A stretch of 64,000 bases of DNA from Octopus sinensis (Eukaryota): the NCBI RefSeq assembly GCF_006345805.1, contig NC_043009.1, forward strand, positions 4,092,001 to 4,156,000, written 5' to 3'. The translations under genes and the position numbers were made by a program. Under the pieces are notes generated by a model that had not been told where the DNA came from, searched no databases, and saw nothing but the letters and a program-made list of their open reading frames with translations. Positions 40,426-54,034 of this stretch are shown here, in pieces (position 1 is the stretch's first letter; each line of letters starts with the position of its first letter).

Positions 40426-40774
40426 GTACAGATATGTGTTTATCTCTCTCTCTCTTTCTCTCTCTATGTATGTACGTATATACATGCATGCGTACAAGTG
40501 CGTTTGTATATATGTAATACCAGGTTTATTTGACTTCAGCTGTGGTTAAAGCACTGATGGCTAACGTTTTTCAGAATTTTATCCACTAAATTCATAGCAA
40601 TTATTACATGGACCACGAAATATATTTTTAGTTTTACGTGCAGTATGCCACACTGTAGGGCATAAAACCGGCTATCGGTCACCAAAATTTTTGTAAGGGT
40701 TGTTTGACATTACCATTGCAAGGAAACGTATATACTATATATATATTATATATATATATATATTATATATATAT

Positions 40775-40814
<40 letters not shown>

Positions 40815-40815
40815 A

Positions 40816-40923
40816 CGTAGGCTCGAAACGTAAAAACATTCAATTCCTGAGCGTTATACTAATACATCTGATTGCTTTGTACACCAACCGTCTTCGTCTT
40901 TTGTTTATTTCGTGAACTCTCCC
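40816..40923 (+). mobile_element. 5'-truncated copy of the 44295 element (hammerhead 3' half plus pyrimidine-rich tail)
   Basis: cgtaggctcgaaacgtaaaa..ttcctgagcgttatactaatacatctg..gtacacc..gtcttcgtcttttgttt aligns with 44385-44497; abuts (TA)n. Confidence 0.8.
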
Positions 40924-41153
40924 ACGCATATAAGTAGTAAATATAGCCAGTATGCAAAAAGTCACGCACATTATATAGTGAATATAGACAGTAAGTAAAA
41001 AGTCTAACCAGACATCCTTAAAGATAAATCCTTAAAAATATCTATTGCTAACTTATGTAAAATTTCAAATTTGATTGAGGTTATGGGGCAAAAATGAGTA
41101 ACTGTCGTCTATTGATCCTCGATATGCAAAGGATAACTGTTATATCTACATAT

Positions 41154-41384
41154 ATTTCTTTACTACCCCCAAGGGGCTAAACATAGAGGGGACAAACAAG
41201 GACAGACAAAGGGATTAAGCCGATTACATCGAGCCCAGTGCGAAACTGGTACTTATTTAATCGACCCCGAAAGGATGAAAGGCAAAGTTGACCTCGGCAG
41301 AATTTGAACTCAGAACGTAACGACAGACGAAATACCGCTAAGCATTTCGCCCGGCGCGCTAAAGTTTCGGCCAGCTCGCCGCCT
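41154..41384 (-). mobile_element. SINE family A (tail A1), full length with TSD
   Basis: 14-bp direct repeat ttatatctacatat at 41140-41153 and 41385-41398. Confidence 0.95.
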
Positions 41385-41695
41385 TTATATCTACATATGA
41401 AAAATGAAATACATGGTCACACCTGGCATAATTTGAACTCCGAACATAAAGGGCATTTAACTAAATATTTCAAAGTTTTGGTTCCGATGTTCTACCATTC
41501 CAGCCATCCACCACTCTCGGAAATACACCACGACATTGTTTTCTAAAATAGGGACGTAATGATAAAATATAGGGGAAAGATATGATCCATTATACCGGCT
41601 TCGTGTACGTGACTGATATTGTGTTTTATCGAATTATACATAAATAACGAAAGACTATTTTGATACTGTAGATATTTGATCTTAAAATGTTAACT

Positions 41696-42064
41696 GAGTG
41701 GCTGTGTGGTAAGTAGCTTGCTTACGAACCACATGATTCCTGGTTCAGTCCTTGGACAAGTGCCTTCTACTATAGCCTCGGGCCGACCAAAGCCTTGTGA
41801 GTAGATTTGGTAGACTGAAACTGAAAGAAGACCGTCGTATATAGGTATATATATATGTGTGTGTGTGTGTCTGTGTTTGTCCCCCCAACATCGCTTGACA
41901 ACCGATGCTGGTGTGTTTACATCCCCGAAACTTAACGGTCCAGCTAAAGAGACCGGTAGAATAAGTACTAGGCTTACAAAGAATAAGTCCTGGGGGTCGA
42001 TTTGCTCGACTAAAGGCGGTGCTCCAGCATGGCCACAGTCAAATGACTGAAACAAGTAAAAGAG
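41696..42064 (+). mobile_element. SINE family B, near full length
   Basis: Matches the 35392 copy throughout, with a small deletion in the CORE-like region. Confidence 0.93.
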
Positions 42065-42899
42065 TAACAATTAACGAGTCAATGAGTGCAATTTATATGC
42101 ATAATTATATGGTTGCATGCTTGCTTGTATGTGTGTTTGTATCGCGTTTTCTTTGTATATGTATAACATCAGTGTTCCATTGGATATTTTCGAGTATATG
42201 GATGTTTTTTGCAAAGTCCAGTTACCTGGATTACTTACCATTATCACCACCTTTTTAATCAATAATAGCAATCAACCAAAATCGACGTTTGCAAAAACAA
42301 CACAAATATATGACGATCGAATTGTAGTATTTCTGAAATCAAGACAAAATGGTTACGATTGGAGAAAACCTTTAGACAAAGTTTTGCTCAACTGCGACTA
42401 AAACAGGGACCAAACTTCCACCGCAACAAAATCTTCAACAGTAAAAATCAATAAACTCATTATCGCGTGGCCGAAAACTAAGTCTTTGTTTTCAGTTGTC
42501 TCAAATTGTCAGGAATATGAAGTGGACAATCCAAGGAAGATTGCGCTTGTGGCTCATGAAGAGGATCAATCGACAGATCGAAACTGCATCACAATCATGC
42601 TTTATTTATTTATTTATTTATTTATTTTCCTTCACTGGCTTATCACTCAATTCTATGGCGGAGATGAGCATGGATTAGAATAACAATAATAACAGAAACA
42701 ACAGTAAAATATACATGAAAATAATAATAATGATAATAATAACTAAAATAATAATAACAAAAATAATACTAATAATAATAACAGCAACAACAATAATGTA
42801 AGATAATGTTGAAAAAAAGAGAAAAGATTCCCCAATAACAATGGTACATTGCGTTCGCCAGATTATCATGGCGGCGTTGAGGTATAGGCGCCATTTTAA

Positions 42900-43900
42900 A
42901 ATAGTTTTGATAAACTCGCGTAATTATAATTTGATAAAGTCGTGTATTATTCGGTGTGCATGCATGTGTATAGTGGTGGGAGGGATTTTGGGAGGGAAGA
43001 GAAAGGTTGGGAGAGTAAAGAGGAGAGAGGTGATAAGGCATAAGGAAGAAAGTAAAAAGAGGCGAGAGGAAAGAAATATAAAGAAAAATCAAGTAAAAAG
43101 TTAAATTTAAAAAAGATGGAGAAATGAAATAAGGAAAGAAATGAAGGAAGGAAGAATGAATGAATGAATGAAAGATACCAGAAAGATTGAAAGGAAATAT
43201 AGTAATGCAGGCGAAAATGTAAAGGAAAAAAGAAAAACATTAAGAAGATATGTTAAACAAACAAGAATGCAACGGGAAACAGCGGATAGAATGAGAGAGT
43301 GGGGAGATTTGGAGAGAGAAAGAGAGAGAAAATGAGTGGGAGAGAGAAAGAGGTAGAAGGTGAGTAAAGACGATGAGGTGGAAGAAGGGAAGAATTATAG
43401 AAAGAGAAAGGTAGTGTGTGAGAGAGAAAACGAGGGGCGGAGAGTAAGGAGACGGGACGAGGGAAAGTAAAAGAGAAAGAAGGAAAAGGAGAGGAAGTAA
43501 GGATGGTGGGTAGGAAGGCGAACGGAAATAAGAGTCAGGTAGGAGAAAGGGTGGGTAGAAAAACATTTAAACATATAAAACAAACAGAAATAGGAGGGGA
43601 AAAAAACACAAAAATAAACGAAATAGGAAAATAATTATAAAACAAGAAATATTAATTATATAAGCAGAGAATATTAGAGGAAAAAGAAAAATGTTAAGAG
43701 AAAGATATACTAACATGCTGAAAGAGAGAGCAAGATGGAGGGTCTGATGGTGAGATGAAATGTATGGGAGAGCCGGCTAGATAAATAGATATAAAATGGC
43801 GGGAAACAGCGAGGGAAAGATTGAAGGATAAAAAGATATAATCAAAGAGAATGGGAGAAAGGGACAAGAAAAATAGAGGGAAAAACGGGCAATATGAAGA
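42900..43900. repeat. ~1 kb purine-rich (A/G) low-complexity tract
   Basis: Strongly strand-asymmetric degenerate GA/GAA sequence. Confidence 0.8.
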
Positions 43901-43955
43901 AGCATGTTAAAATATAACAGTATTGAATACGAACTGAGATAACTACCAAATACAT

Positions 43956-44013
<58 letters not shown>

Positions 44014-44294
44014 ATATATATATATAATGTTGTATGCAGCTATTGAGTACACTTATTGTGTACGTGATAACACTTGCAACTTACATCTGTTCGCATCCAT
44101 ATATCTTTCTACATAATCCATGCATGTCTTACAATAAAAAGAAAATATTTACTTTAAAAAAAAGGGGGGATTTTTTTAAAATTTTGCAAGTCACGATTTC
44201 CATATAGATAGAAATGATGTAAAACAGTTTGGATTAATCTTACATACAGGTATTTACACATACTAATTGCGTGCGCACAACCCCTTCCACATAT

Positions 44295-44505
44295 GTATGT
44301 TCAGATCGTTAGCCACTACACACCTTTTTCTTCTCTCCTTGTTTCTCTCATTGTTTTTTTTCTGTGTCCCTTTCTGTAGAAGAGCGTAGGCTCGAAACGT
44401 AAAAGACTTTTTTTCTATTCCTGAGCGTTATACAAATACATCTGTTTGTTTTGTACACCACTTGTCTTCGCCTTTTGTTTTTTTCGTAAACTCTCCCTAA
44501 ATATA
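44295..44505 (+). mobile_element. Penelope-like terminal repeat fragment with hammerhead-like motif (family 2)
   Basis: cttt-CTGTAGA-a-gagc-gtag-gctc-GAAA-cg-TA-aaag at 44370-44405; second copy at 40816. The PLE assignment is by architecture only. Confidence 0.6.
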
Positions 44506-45737
44506 AATATATGTATATTAATAAGCTAAACTTTTATAAATTGTGACGCTTGTTTCACGCGTTACGTATTCTAAAGACATAAAAAAATAGATCAAGCTAT
44601 CTTACATTCATATATGTTGCGAAGAACGTTGACTGTGTTAACATGAATCTTTTAGATTTGGTCAATGAGTGTAACATTATTATACCAGGATGGCCGATTT
44701 TCAGTCAGTGGTGTTTTGAAGTACTTGAACAGACATCATGTTGATTTATGAAAACACAGTCATTTAGGATTTTTCATTTTTGCGTTTGTTAGTGTGACAC
44801 GAGGTTGCCCGACTTTTCCATTCTGGACACTTTGTCCAGTATATATTTCAAATGAGGGCGGCATAAAGACAATACCCCTGATCCTGAGTTAAAATAGATC
44901 TCCTGTAGAAGAATGAATATATTCATTTTATATAAGAATACAAAGGTCAAAGCCATCGTTATTCTGACTACGAAATCTAGCGTGCTTTCATGTTCTTTAA
45001 ATAATGTTGAAGTTTCCGACACTGTCTCTTCTTGAAAACCACTACGAAAGTCCTGTGTCCAAAAATACCTCATAATTTCTGAATGTATATGGCTGCTAAC
45101 TGAAACTTGCCTTAAAAGAAATTTCAGTCATTTTAGCACGAACCTGAGAAATTGAATGGTGGGATGGCGGCTTATATGACTTTTGCCATAGATCTCCTCG
45201 ATCAATAAGAATATTAAAAATTATTAAGCAATAAGAATATTAAAAATGAAGGAGCATCTATGTGATGCCCTATCTGCTAGATATAGCAACCACATTTCCT
45301 TCAAACTGTACCTTTATGCTTTAATAAAGGATATCTAGTATTATATTGGCTACTCTAGTTTTACATATGGTTATGTTGAAGTGTCTACAGAATAACACCT
45401 GTAAAGTTGGAGTGCCTTGGTGTATGGTGGTAACGTCATGGATTCGAGCCACGGACCGGGCAGATGCTAAGTGAATTTCTTGAACAAAGTACTTCATTTA
45501 GCTTTCGTGAAGTTCATGCTGTTGAAAATCTGTACTGACTAATACTAAAGCGTTCTACTTAAGGGTTGGTGGTCTCAAACCCTAAATCGGTAAACCGCAT
45601 CGAGAACCAGTATAGGTTCTGTCTTATAAGTCTGCAGGCACCAGATAGATTTTAGCATGGACATTTACTGCCCAAACAGCTACGACAATAACACGAGCAA
45701 CAACGACAACAGAATGCTTCTTATATTTCGTAAAAAA

Positions 45738-45973
45738 ATGCGCCTTTTTTAAAGCCTAGCCAGGTTCATGGGCCCGGTTTCCCGGCTTCTATGTGTTCTG
45801 CAGCTGGACGGGACGCCAGTGCATCGCAGCGTTACTCATTTTTGCCAGCACTGGAGCAGTGTGAAATGAAGTGTTTTCCTCAAGAACACAACGCGTCGCC
45901 CGGTTCAGGAATCTAAACCACAGTCTTACGATCATGGTGCTGACACCCTAACCACTAAGCCATGCGCCTCCAC
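45738..45973 (-). mobile_element. SINE family D (tRNA head, CORE-like middle, V-domain-like tail)
   Basis: Minus strand: gtggaggcgcatggcttagtggttagggtg..gttgtgttcttgaggaaaacactt..ctgcgatgcactggcgtcccgtccag..; imperfect TSD ttatatttc(g/t)ta. Confidence 0.85.
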
Positions 45974-46761
45974 TATTATATTTCTTACTGTTTCCTAATT
46001 AAACGATTGATTTAACGGTTAATGACGAAACCACACTAACTGTTTATTTTCTCAGCTATTTTTTTTTTATATTTACCTTTTAGTGTTTTGTCGCTTTTTA
46101 AAAATATTCTAGCGAGTTATTTCGCTTGTTTGTAATTGTTGTTGATAGTATGATTGCTGCTGCTGTTGTTGTTGTTACATGTGTTGTTATTATTGTTGTT
46201 GTTCCTATTGTTTAGCTTTGTCTGCTGTATCTCACTCAGTTCAACATATGTGTGAATAATGATGTGAAGTCTGAGACTGTGTAAATAAAAACGACTTAGG
46301 CTTGGAACCGTGGGGTGCCAGCCGGGTATTAAAGGGGGCGGTGATGGAAGTAGTGGTGGGGAGAATGGTGTTGGTGTTGTTCATGTGAGGCGGTGGTGGT
46401 GGTGGGTAAATTTATACGTGTGGGGTGCGATGTCCAGAGAATTCCGAAAACATCAAGACAGCAGGACCTGAGTTTATTGTCTGAATATATACATACGTAC
46501 GCGTATGTATACGTACTCTATACGCACTCTATCCATGTTTGAAATGAGAATGTAATGAGACAGACACAACCACAGACATCGTATGCCTGATGCTCTGCGT
46601 ATACAACCAATCACTAGTCACCATTTGCATCTCTTTTCTTTCTTAACCACAAGGGTCTAAATATACAGTACAAAAAGTAAAGTTGCAGTACCGGGGGAAT
46701 AATTATAATAATAATAATAATAATAATAATAATTATCATTATTATTATATTATTATTATTA

Positions 46762-46965
46762 TTGGCAGAGTCGTTAGCACACCAGGCCAAATGCTTAGAG
46801 GTATTTCGCCCGGTTTTACGTTCTGAGTTTAAATTCTGCCCAGGTCGACTCTGCCTTTCATCCTTTCGGGGTCGATAAATTAAATACCACTCAACTACTA
46901 GGGTCGATGTGATCGACTTACACTCTCCACGCAAATTTCAGGCCTTGTGCCTATAGTAGAAAGAA
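46762..46965 (+). mobile_element. SINE family A (A2 tail)
   Basis: ggcagagtcgttagcacacc..ctttcatcctttcggggtcgataaatt..aatttcaggccttgtgcctatagtagaaag. Confidence 0.9.
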
Positions 46966-47596
46966 TTAAAATTTTAATAATTGGAAAAAGGATGTAAGAA
47001 AAGTAGGAAGACAAATTATCAAAAAAAAAAAAAAAAAGAAAAAAATCCTATGAGTTACTCAGAATCGAACCTGAAATGTTCATCAGGATAGCTGTTTCTG
47101 ATTTAGGTTCAAAGGCAGCCATTTTAGGGGCAGGTGGTTAGTGGATTAAACTCACTCCAGTACATGGCTGGTACTTAGTTTTATCGACCCGAAGAGATTA
47201 TAGGTGACCTCGACTAGAATTGAACTCAGAGCTTAAAGAGGCAAACAAATACCGCAAGGCATTTTGCTTGACACTAACGATTCCGCCAAACCAATGCCAT
47301 TAACATTTGCTCCAGATTGAAGCAGACGAACAGAAATTTAGGGGAAAAGTTAATCGATCACAGAGTGACGAAAGGGCAAAGTCGACCTTTGTGGAATTTG
47401 AACTCGGAATCTAATGGGTCTTAACAAAATATCGTAGAAACTTTGTACCACCACTGTAACATTACTACACAGTTATTAAGAACATACATTTAAGGGACAA
47501 GTACAGTGGATTTCCTTCCCCTCAACTACTTCAAGAGTGCTGAGATTTAACTGGTCATATTTGAACAAAGAACTTCATTAATTAATTCTTCATTAA

Positions 47597-47750
47597 GTCG
47601 CACAGTTTCTGGCCGTCAGTGTACTATTTCTGCCACACTTACTGCCCACCAGGTTAACCCACCCTCTGTGCCAAATGATGAGGTTTCGTGCATGTTGCAC
47701 AAGTTAACTAATTAGGTGAAGGTGTGGCATGCAACATAAGAATGTGTGAC
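47597..47750. mobile_element. 154-bp TTAA-flanked MITE
   Basis: TTAA at 47593-47596 and 47751-47754; imperfect TIRs gtcgcacagtttct / agaatgtgtgac. Confidence 0.55.
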
Positions 47751-48066
47751 TTAAAATCTTCTCAAGGGTAATAATGATGTAAATAAAGCGAAAATTGGTT
47801 TACAACAGGGAATCGAAGTTCGCTTGGAGTGCCCGACTTACACGCTCTCACACACATTCTCTTCTAGTTCTGACTCACTTCCTCCCCATGTTTCTCTCTT
47901 TCTCTCTCTCACACACACATATACAACATACATACATTCATATATATATATATATCTATATACTGAATTGCAATAATAACAGAGTGGTGTTGATATAACA
48001 GCCGTGATGTTCGCCACATTCATCTAAGAATAATATTTTCATTGAAAATATTATACCTGACCGTGG

Positions 48067-48107
<41 letters not shown>

Positions 48108-50609
48108 CTTCTTGTATATTTATTTATATTACATATTTTTTTGTCAGCTAATTGGTACTATTATCAACTTAACGGAAAAGACTGGTGGTGTGAGCAGTAA
48201 AAATGTTGAATTATCCCCTACAAGAGTAAATAAACGTATTTGTTAATTAGATTAATTAGAACGATAACAGATGATTAATTTTCCAGTTAGTACAAAGCCA
48301 ATTTTTGAATGGTACCGAGGCTTGGAATAGTTGACAGAAGCGGGTGTCTATGTATTTCTTGTAGGTTAGTCAGTGTAATAAGTATTCGTTTCATTATAGT
48401 AATTAAAACCATTAATTTCCCATTAACACGCCACAATTAATTGTCGCTTGACTTGTTGCAAACGGCAGCTTAATCCCTCTTAAATCGCACCCTGTCGTCG
48501 GATTTCCTGCTCAACGGAGAATCACGCTTACCACTAAACCATGCTGAAGACACGTGGATGATTGGATAACTGCTTAGGGTATCGATCGCATGATCATAAG
48601 TTTGTTAGTTTGATTTTCGTATAGCGAATTGCGTTCTTGAGCAAGTTACTTCGTTTCATGTTCTTACAGTCTATTCAGCTAAGACTTTCTAGAAACCTAA
48701 TATTGGTGCATTCTTTTCCCCCACTCCTGCTGTCACATCCTCCACGTTTCACTCTGTTAAATATTGAGGGGGCTGAGATGATAGCTATGTCGGCTTATGA
48801 TTACATAGACATCTAAAACAATTAGGGAATGCATGGTATTTGCGACCAGATAATATTCGCTTGTAAAAGTGATGGCTGGGGGTCTCTAGTTCTTTCCCAG
48901 CCAAATCCCTTTGATTATAGGACTTACAAACAAGGGCTCAGTTAGGCTAAAATGAAAAACGACAAAACAAAAAATAGCGAACATAGACTAAGTGAATCAT
49001 CTCCCCGTGCAAACAATGGTTTCGATCTTCGATTTCAGCCATGGACGATATTTGTAAAGAAGTTTTGTAATATATTGAACTGAAGGCACAGAAGAGCATA
49101 CTACTGTTATATAAATCATCGACCACTTTTTTCTCCTGGAGTGCATTTTCAACGAAGAAAAATAAAGATATAGATAACGGACTAAATTTTGCCACAGATG
49201 TCGGCGCATTTCCAGTCTATGGCCATGCTTCGACAAGCTTTGAAAGTGTTTTTTTTTTAATCACTAAAATCAAGCTATAACGCCCAATCATTATTCAGTG
49301 GAATTTTACAAAAGACAGACAGATTACACAAATTAATGTTTATCTGGTTCTATGTAATGTTAGATTTAACAACACTGACTCTGCCAAAGATTGAGGCCGA
49401 CAGTGGAAACCATTTGGCCGGTAAAGATTATACAACAGCATTTAAATTGTTGCCTACCCCTTATGGAAACAGAAGAGGATGCGAAAGTTGGCTATATGCG
49501 TATATTAGAGAACAGACTAGAAGAGTAATATAGTCTTCCAAGGTAGAAGAGCTGTATTAAAGTTTACAGTAGTGCAGTCTTGTATAATATAATATTTGGA
49601 GTAGTTCCAATTTTTCCCAAGCTTCAAGTGGTTGGATGAATGTCAATTGATGCTGAAATCTTCGCAGTATATGAGTATTGGTGCTCTGCATGAGCTAGTA
49701 TGAATGTAGGTGTGCGTGTGTGTTTGTGTGTGTGTGTGTGTAAGTGAGTGAATGTGTGCATGTCTGAGACTGTCTATGTATATGTGCGCTTGCATTTAAT
49801 TTCTTAATATGGGTTTCCATTACGTATATTTAAGTGCAAGTGCATATTTAGATTGCATGTTTAGGTACGTACACACACACACACACACACAAACGTGTGT
49901 ATACATACATACATACATATATATATATATATACATACATATATATATACATATATATATGAGTGTTTGTGTATAAAACATTATACTTTTGTAAACACCA
50001 TTTTGAGAGTAAAAATAGCAAGAAGGCCTATTATTACATATTGTTACATATTTACACTCACCATACTCTATGCAAATGATACCCAGGTGAGTATACACGC
50101 ATACTCTAAAGCACATGCTCTTCCTCCTCCTCTCTCTCTCTTTCTCACACCATTCCGCTGCCTACAAATTTCACTCGCTTCGTCTCACTCCTACCTATCT
50201 CTTTTCTTCCTCCCACTCTCTTTCTCTCTGCCTTTCTCTCGCTTTCACTCTCATACCAAAAATCTTAATCTCTTCCAGGCATCCAGTGTAACTTAATACA
50301 TAAATATAAATATGTGCTTATGTTCTTCTCCTTTAAGACGTTGTGTGTGTGTGTGTGTGTATGTATGTGGTGTGTGTGTGTGTGTGTGTGTGTGTGTTCG
50401 TGCTCTCTCGCCTGTGTGTTAGAGTTGTTAAGCGAGAAGAACAACAAACATTTTCTGATGCAAAAACCCATTCCTGGTTATTGAGTTAAATTTATTATAG
50501 ACAAGGGTTAACTTTGATTTTAAGTTTCGCCTCCGGAGGCGTATCCAGTTGTATAAACCTCGAGAGGCGAAAATTGAATTCACTATCAACCCCTCCTACA
50601 CACTCACAC

Positions 50610-50733
50610 TATTTTATTTATATACACACATATGCACACGCGACATGCATACACTTACCGTTCAGATACACACAGCAAACATATACATACATACATATAT
50701 ATACATACAGACACACACACACACACACACACG

Positions 50734-50787
<54 letters not shown>

Positions 50788-50922
50788 CACATATACAGAC
50801 ATACACACACACACACACACATATTTATATATATAGCCATGTATTGTATTTATATACACACATATGCAACCGCACACACATAGACATATGCATATACATA
50901 CAGTTCAGATACACACACGCAA

Positions 50923-50950
<28 letters not shown>
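50610..50950. repeat. (CA)n/(TA)n microsatellite field
   Basis: Directly visible. Confidence 0.93.
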
Positions 50951-50954
<4 letters not shown>

Positions 50955-51710
50955 GGGAGCATAAAAGCAAACAAATTACACTTCAGTGGTTATTCATTTA
51001 GAGCATACTTTCTCTTTCTCTCTCCATTCCTTTCTCTCTCTCAATAAGTTCTCAGATCTGATGTGGATGTTCTCCCAAAGTCGACCCGTGTGCCATGACT
51101 TTGCTTCATCAAAACTCCCAGATATGATTGTCCAACAGATGATATACGAGACCACACACACTCATACACTCACGCACAATGCAAATATAGAAGCATTAAA
51201 GACTGATAAAATCTATTCCGCCACCTTTTAGTTTGCCTTAGTAATCTTACTTCAAGCCTAACTGTATTTTCTTCTTATGTATCTGCCTGTCTTCTTTCAG
51301 TTACTCTCATTGTCTTAACCACCACCCACACTCCTTTATTCTCATTGTCTCATTCCCTCATCATTTTCTATCAATACATGTATCACCCCTTCTTTATTTC
51401 TTTCAATGATTATCTACCTCCAGCTCTTCTCTTCACTTCTGAACCCCCCCCCCACTATTTCAATACTGTGCCGATTTATTTATTCACTGTCTCTTCGTTT
51501 CTGACACCTTTCTCCCATAACACCTTAAACATCAATTTTATCTGATCTGCTTATTGTGTGTATATATGTATATGCGTATATTTGAATGTGAGTGTATATA
51601 TATATACGTGTATATATGAATGTGTGTAGATATAAATGTGTGTATATATATATATGTGTGTGTGTGCGTCTGTCTGTGTCTGTGTATGTGTGACTTTATA
51701 AGTGCTCACG

Positions 51711-51763
<53 letters not shown>

Positions 51764-52304
51764 GTTCGTCATGCCTACGCGAAATGTAGTATTTAGTCAC
51801 AAAAGATAAATCAAAACAATACAACTACGTAAAAATAAATTTTCTTTAGTAATTTTGCTTTGACATTCTGTTTAGCTAAGAAAACCTCTTGGGGATATAG
51901 GCAACACCCCCTTTCGTACAGAAATGAATGTAAATATATAAACAGAAAGAAAACAGCTAAAATCTACAACCGCAGAAACTCCTCTGCACTTCTATCGAAG
52001 TATGAAATATAAAAAAAAAATTAGGTTGTTTAGTACGATATAAAAATAGAAATGCGGAATAAAAAGAAATTTTGTAGTAAATATGAAGAAATTTAAAAAG
52101 TAACTCAGGAATTTTAAAATCATGTTCTAGCATGACCTAAACTTTCGTATGAGATAGACATAAACGCATCCTTACATATATGTAGGTATGTGTGTGTATT
52201 CTTCTAAAAATCAGTCTGAAGATGTTAAATACGTTCAATTACACACATGTGTGTGCGTGTGTCTTTGTATTTCTATGGAAATGTATGTGCATAAGTATGT
52301 ATAT

Positions 52305-52702
52305 AGGTGCAGGCGTGGTTGTGTGGTAAGAAGCTTACTTCCGAATCAAATGGTCTCGAGTTCAGTCCGACTGCGTGGCACCTTGAGCAATTATTTTCTA
52401 CTATAGCCTCGGGCAAACCAAACCCTTTTGAATCGATTTAGTAGACGGAAACATGTATGTGTGTGTGTGTGTGTGTGTGTCATTGTGTCAGTATTGGTTC
52501 CCCAGCACCAACTGACACGGTGTTGGTGTGTTTATGTCCGGTGACCTGGCGGTTAATCAAATGTGACGAAGAAACAGATAGAGCGAGTGCGTGGCTTCAA
52601 AATTACAGTACTTGGGGTGATTCATTCGACAAAATAACATTTTTCAAGATGGCGTCCCAGCATGGCCGCAGTCTAATGACTGAAACAAGTAGAAGATAAA
52701 AG
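52305..52702 (+). mobile_element. SINE family B, diverged full length
   Basis: aggtgcaggcgtggttgtgtggtaagaagc..gcgtggcaccttgagcaa..tatagcctcgggc..ccagcatggccgcagtctaatgactgaaacaagt. Confidence 0.88.
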
Positions 52703-52707
52703 ACACA

Positions 52708-52920
52708 CAGGGTGGCCGCAAACTAGGTTTACAGTCATTCAACTACTTCCTTCGCATTCATATAATAACAGTTTAGATCTTAATTATAAAAGAAATATGA
52801 AACCCTTATTCTATGCTAATTTAGTTAATTGTGAGATACAAATTTGAATGTAATAAATTATTTTAAAAGAAATTTAAAGTGCCTACGTAATAACTGTAAA
52901 CCAACTTTGGGGTCACCCTG
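52708..52920. mobile_element. Tc1/mariner-type MITE
   Basis: ~32-bp imperfect TIRs cagggtggccgcaaactaggtttacagtcatt versus cagggtgaccccaaagttggtttacagttatt; TA on the right flank, CA on the left. Confidence 0.75.
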
Positions 52921-52953
52921 TACACACATATATTAATGTGTGTGTATATATAT

Positions 52954-53257
52954 CACCGCCACCGTGACCGACCAGGTTATCAGATGTTGCTACACATCGA
53001 TGGTCACAATACGCTTCGCATTGTTTTAGCCTTCAAAACGCCACCCCGCTGGCTAAGCGAGCAGGGTACCAGAAGAAAGAGTGAGAGAAAGTTTTGGCGA
53101 AAGAGTACAGCAGGGATCGCCACCATCCACTGCTGGAGCGTCGTGGAGCTTTAGGGTTTTGCACTCAATAAACACTCACAACGGCCGGTCTGGGAATCGA
53201 AACCGCGATCCTACGACCGCGAGTCCGCTTCCCTAACCACTGGGCCATTGCGCCTCC
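52954..53257 (-). mobile_element. SINE family C, full length with TSD
   Basis: Minus-strand head ggaggcgcaatggcccagtggttagggaagcggactcgcggtcgtaggatcgcggtttcgattccc; 14-bp direct repeat gtgtgtatatatat at 52940-52953 and 53258-53271. Confidence 0.92.
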
Positions 53258-53276
53258 GTGTGTATATATATGTGTG

Positions 53277-53507
53277 TTTCTTTACTACCCACAAGGGGCT
53301 AAACACAGAGGGAACAAACAAGGACAGACAAACGGATTAAGTCGATTATATCGACCCCCAGTGCGTAACTGGTCCTTAATTTATCGACCCCGAAAGGATG
53401 AAAGGGAAAGTCGACCTCGGCGAAATTTGAACTCAGAACGTAACGGCAGACGAAATACGGCTACGCATTTCGCCCGGCGTGCTAACGCTTCTGCCAGCTC
53501 ACCGCCC
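53277..53507 (-). mobile_element. SINE family A (tail A1), full length
   Basis: Near identical to the 35031 and 41154 copies. Confidence 0.95.
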
Positions 53508-53595
53508 TCTGTATATATATATGATGGGAAAACATGGCGCATTTTGTAGAGTCCAGATCTAAACGGAGGAAACAAACCGTCTTTCATCAATCTCT

Positions 53596-53644
<49 letters not shown>

Positions 53645-54034
53645 ATCATGGTATTGAGTTGAGTCAAATGCCAGCCAAACTCGTGGACCAAAAGAGTTTG
53701 GCTCGCTAATCAATATCGTAGGATGTAATTACTTATTTGATTACATCAGGGAAAAACCAAATTATTTGATTACATCAGACGAAAAACGTAATTATTTCCT
53801 GTAAATAAATAGTAACAAGACATCTGCTATTGCTATATATATATAATACTAATTTGAAGAATAATAAAATAGTTATATTGTACTAATTGTCTATCTAATT
53901 AAAATAAACAAAATTACTATTGCAATGGCGAACACAGGTTTTACATTTTATTTGTGTTGTTTCGATGAAAGTCGAGATTAAGAGGAAAGGTTAGCATTTC
54001 TCGTTAGTAATGTATCTTTATTGCGTTGGATGGT

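Noticed and set aside
42900-43900. 1-kb purine tract as a functional triplex or coding region
   Set aside because: It is consistent with a decayed (GA)n/(GAA)n array, and similar tracts occur repeatedly in the window.
53190-53257. tRNA-like sequences at SINE heads as true tRNA genes
   Set aside because: Acceptor and anticodon stems do not close properly, and each head continues into SINE body sequence, several with TSDs.
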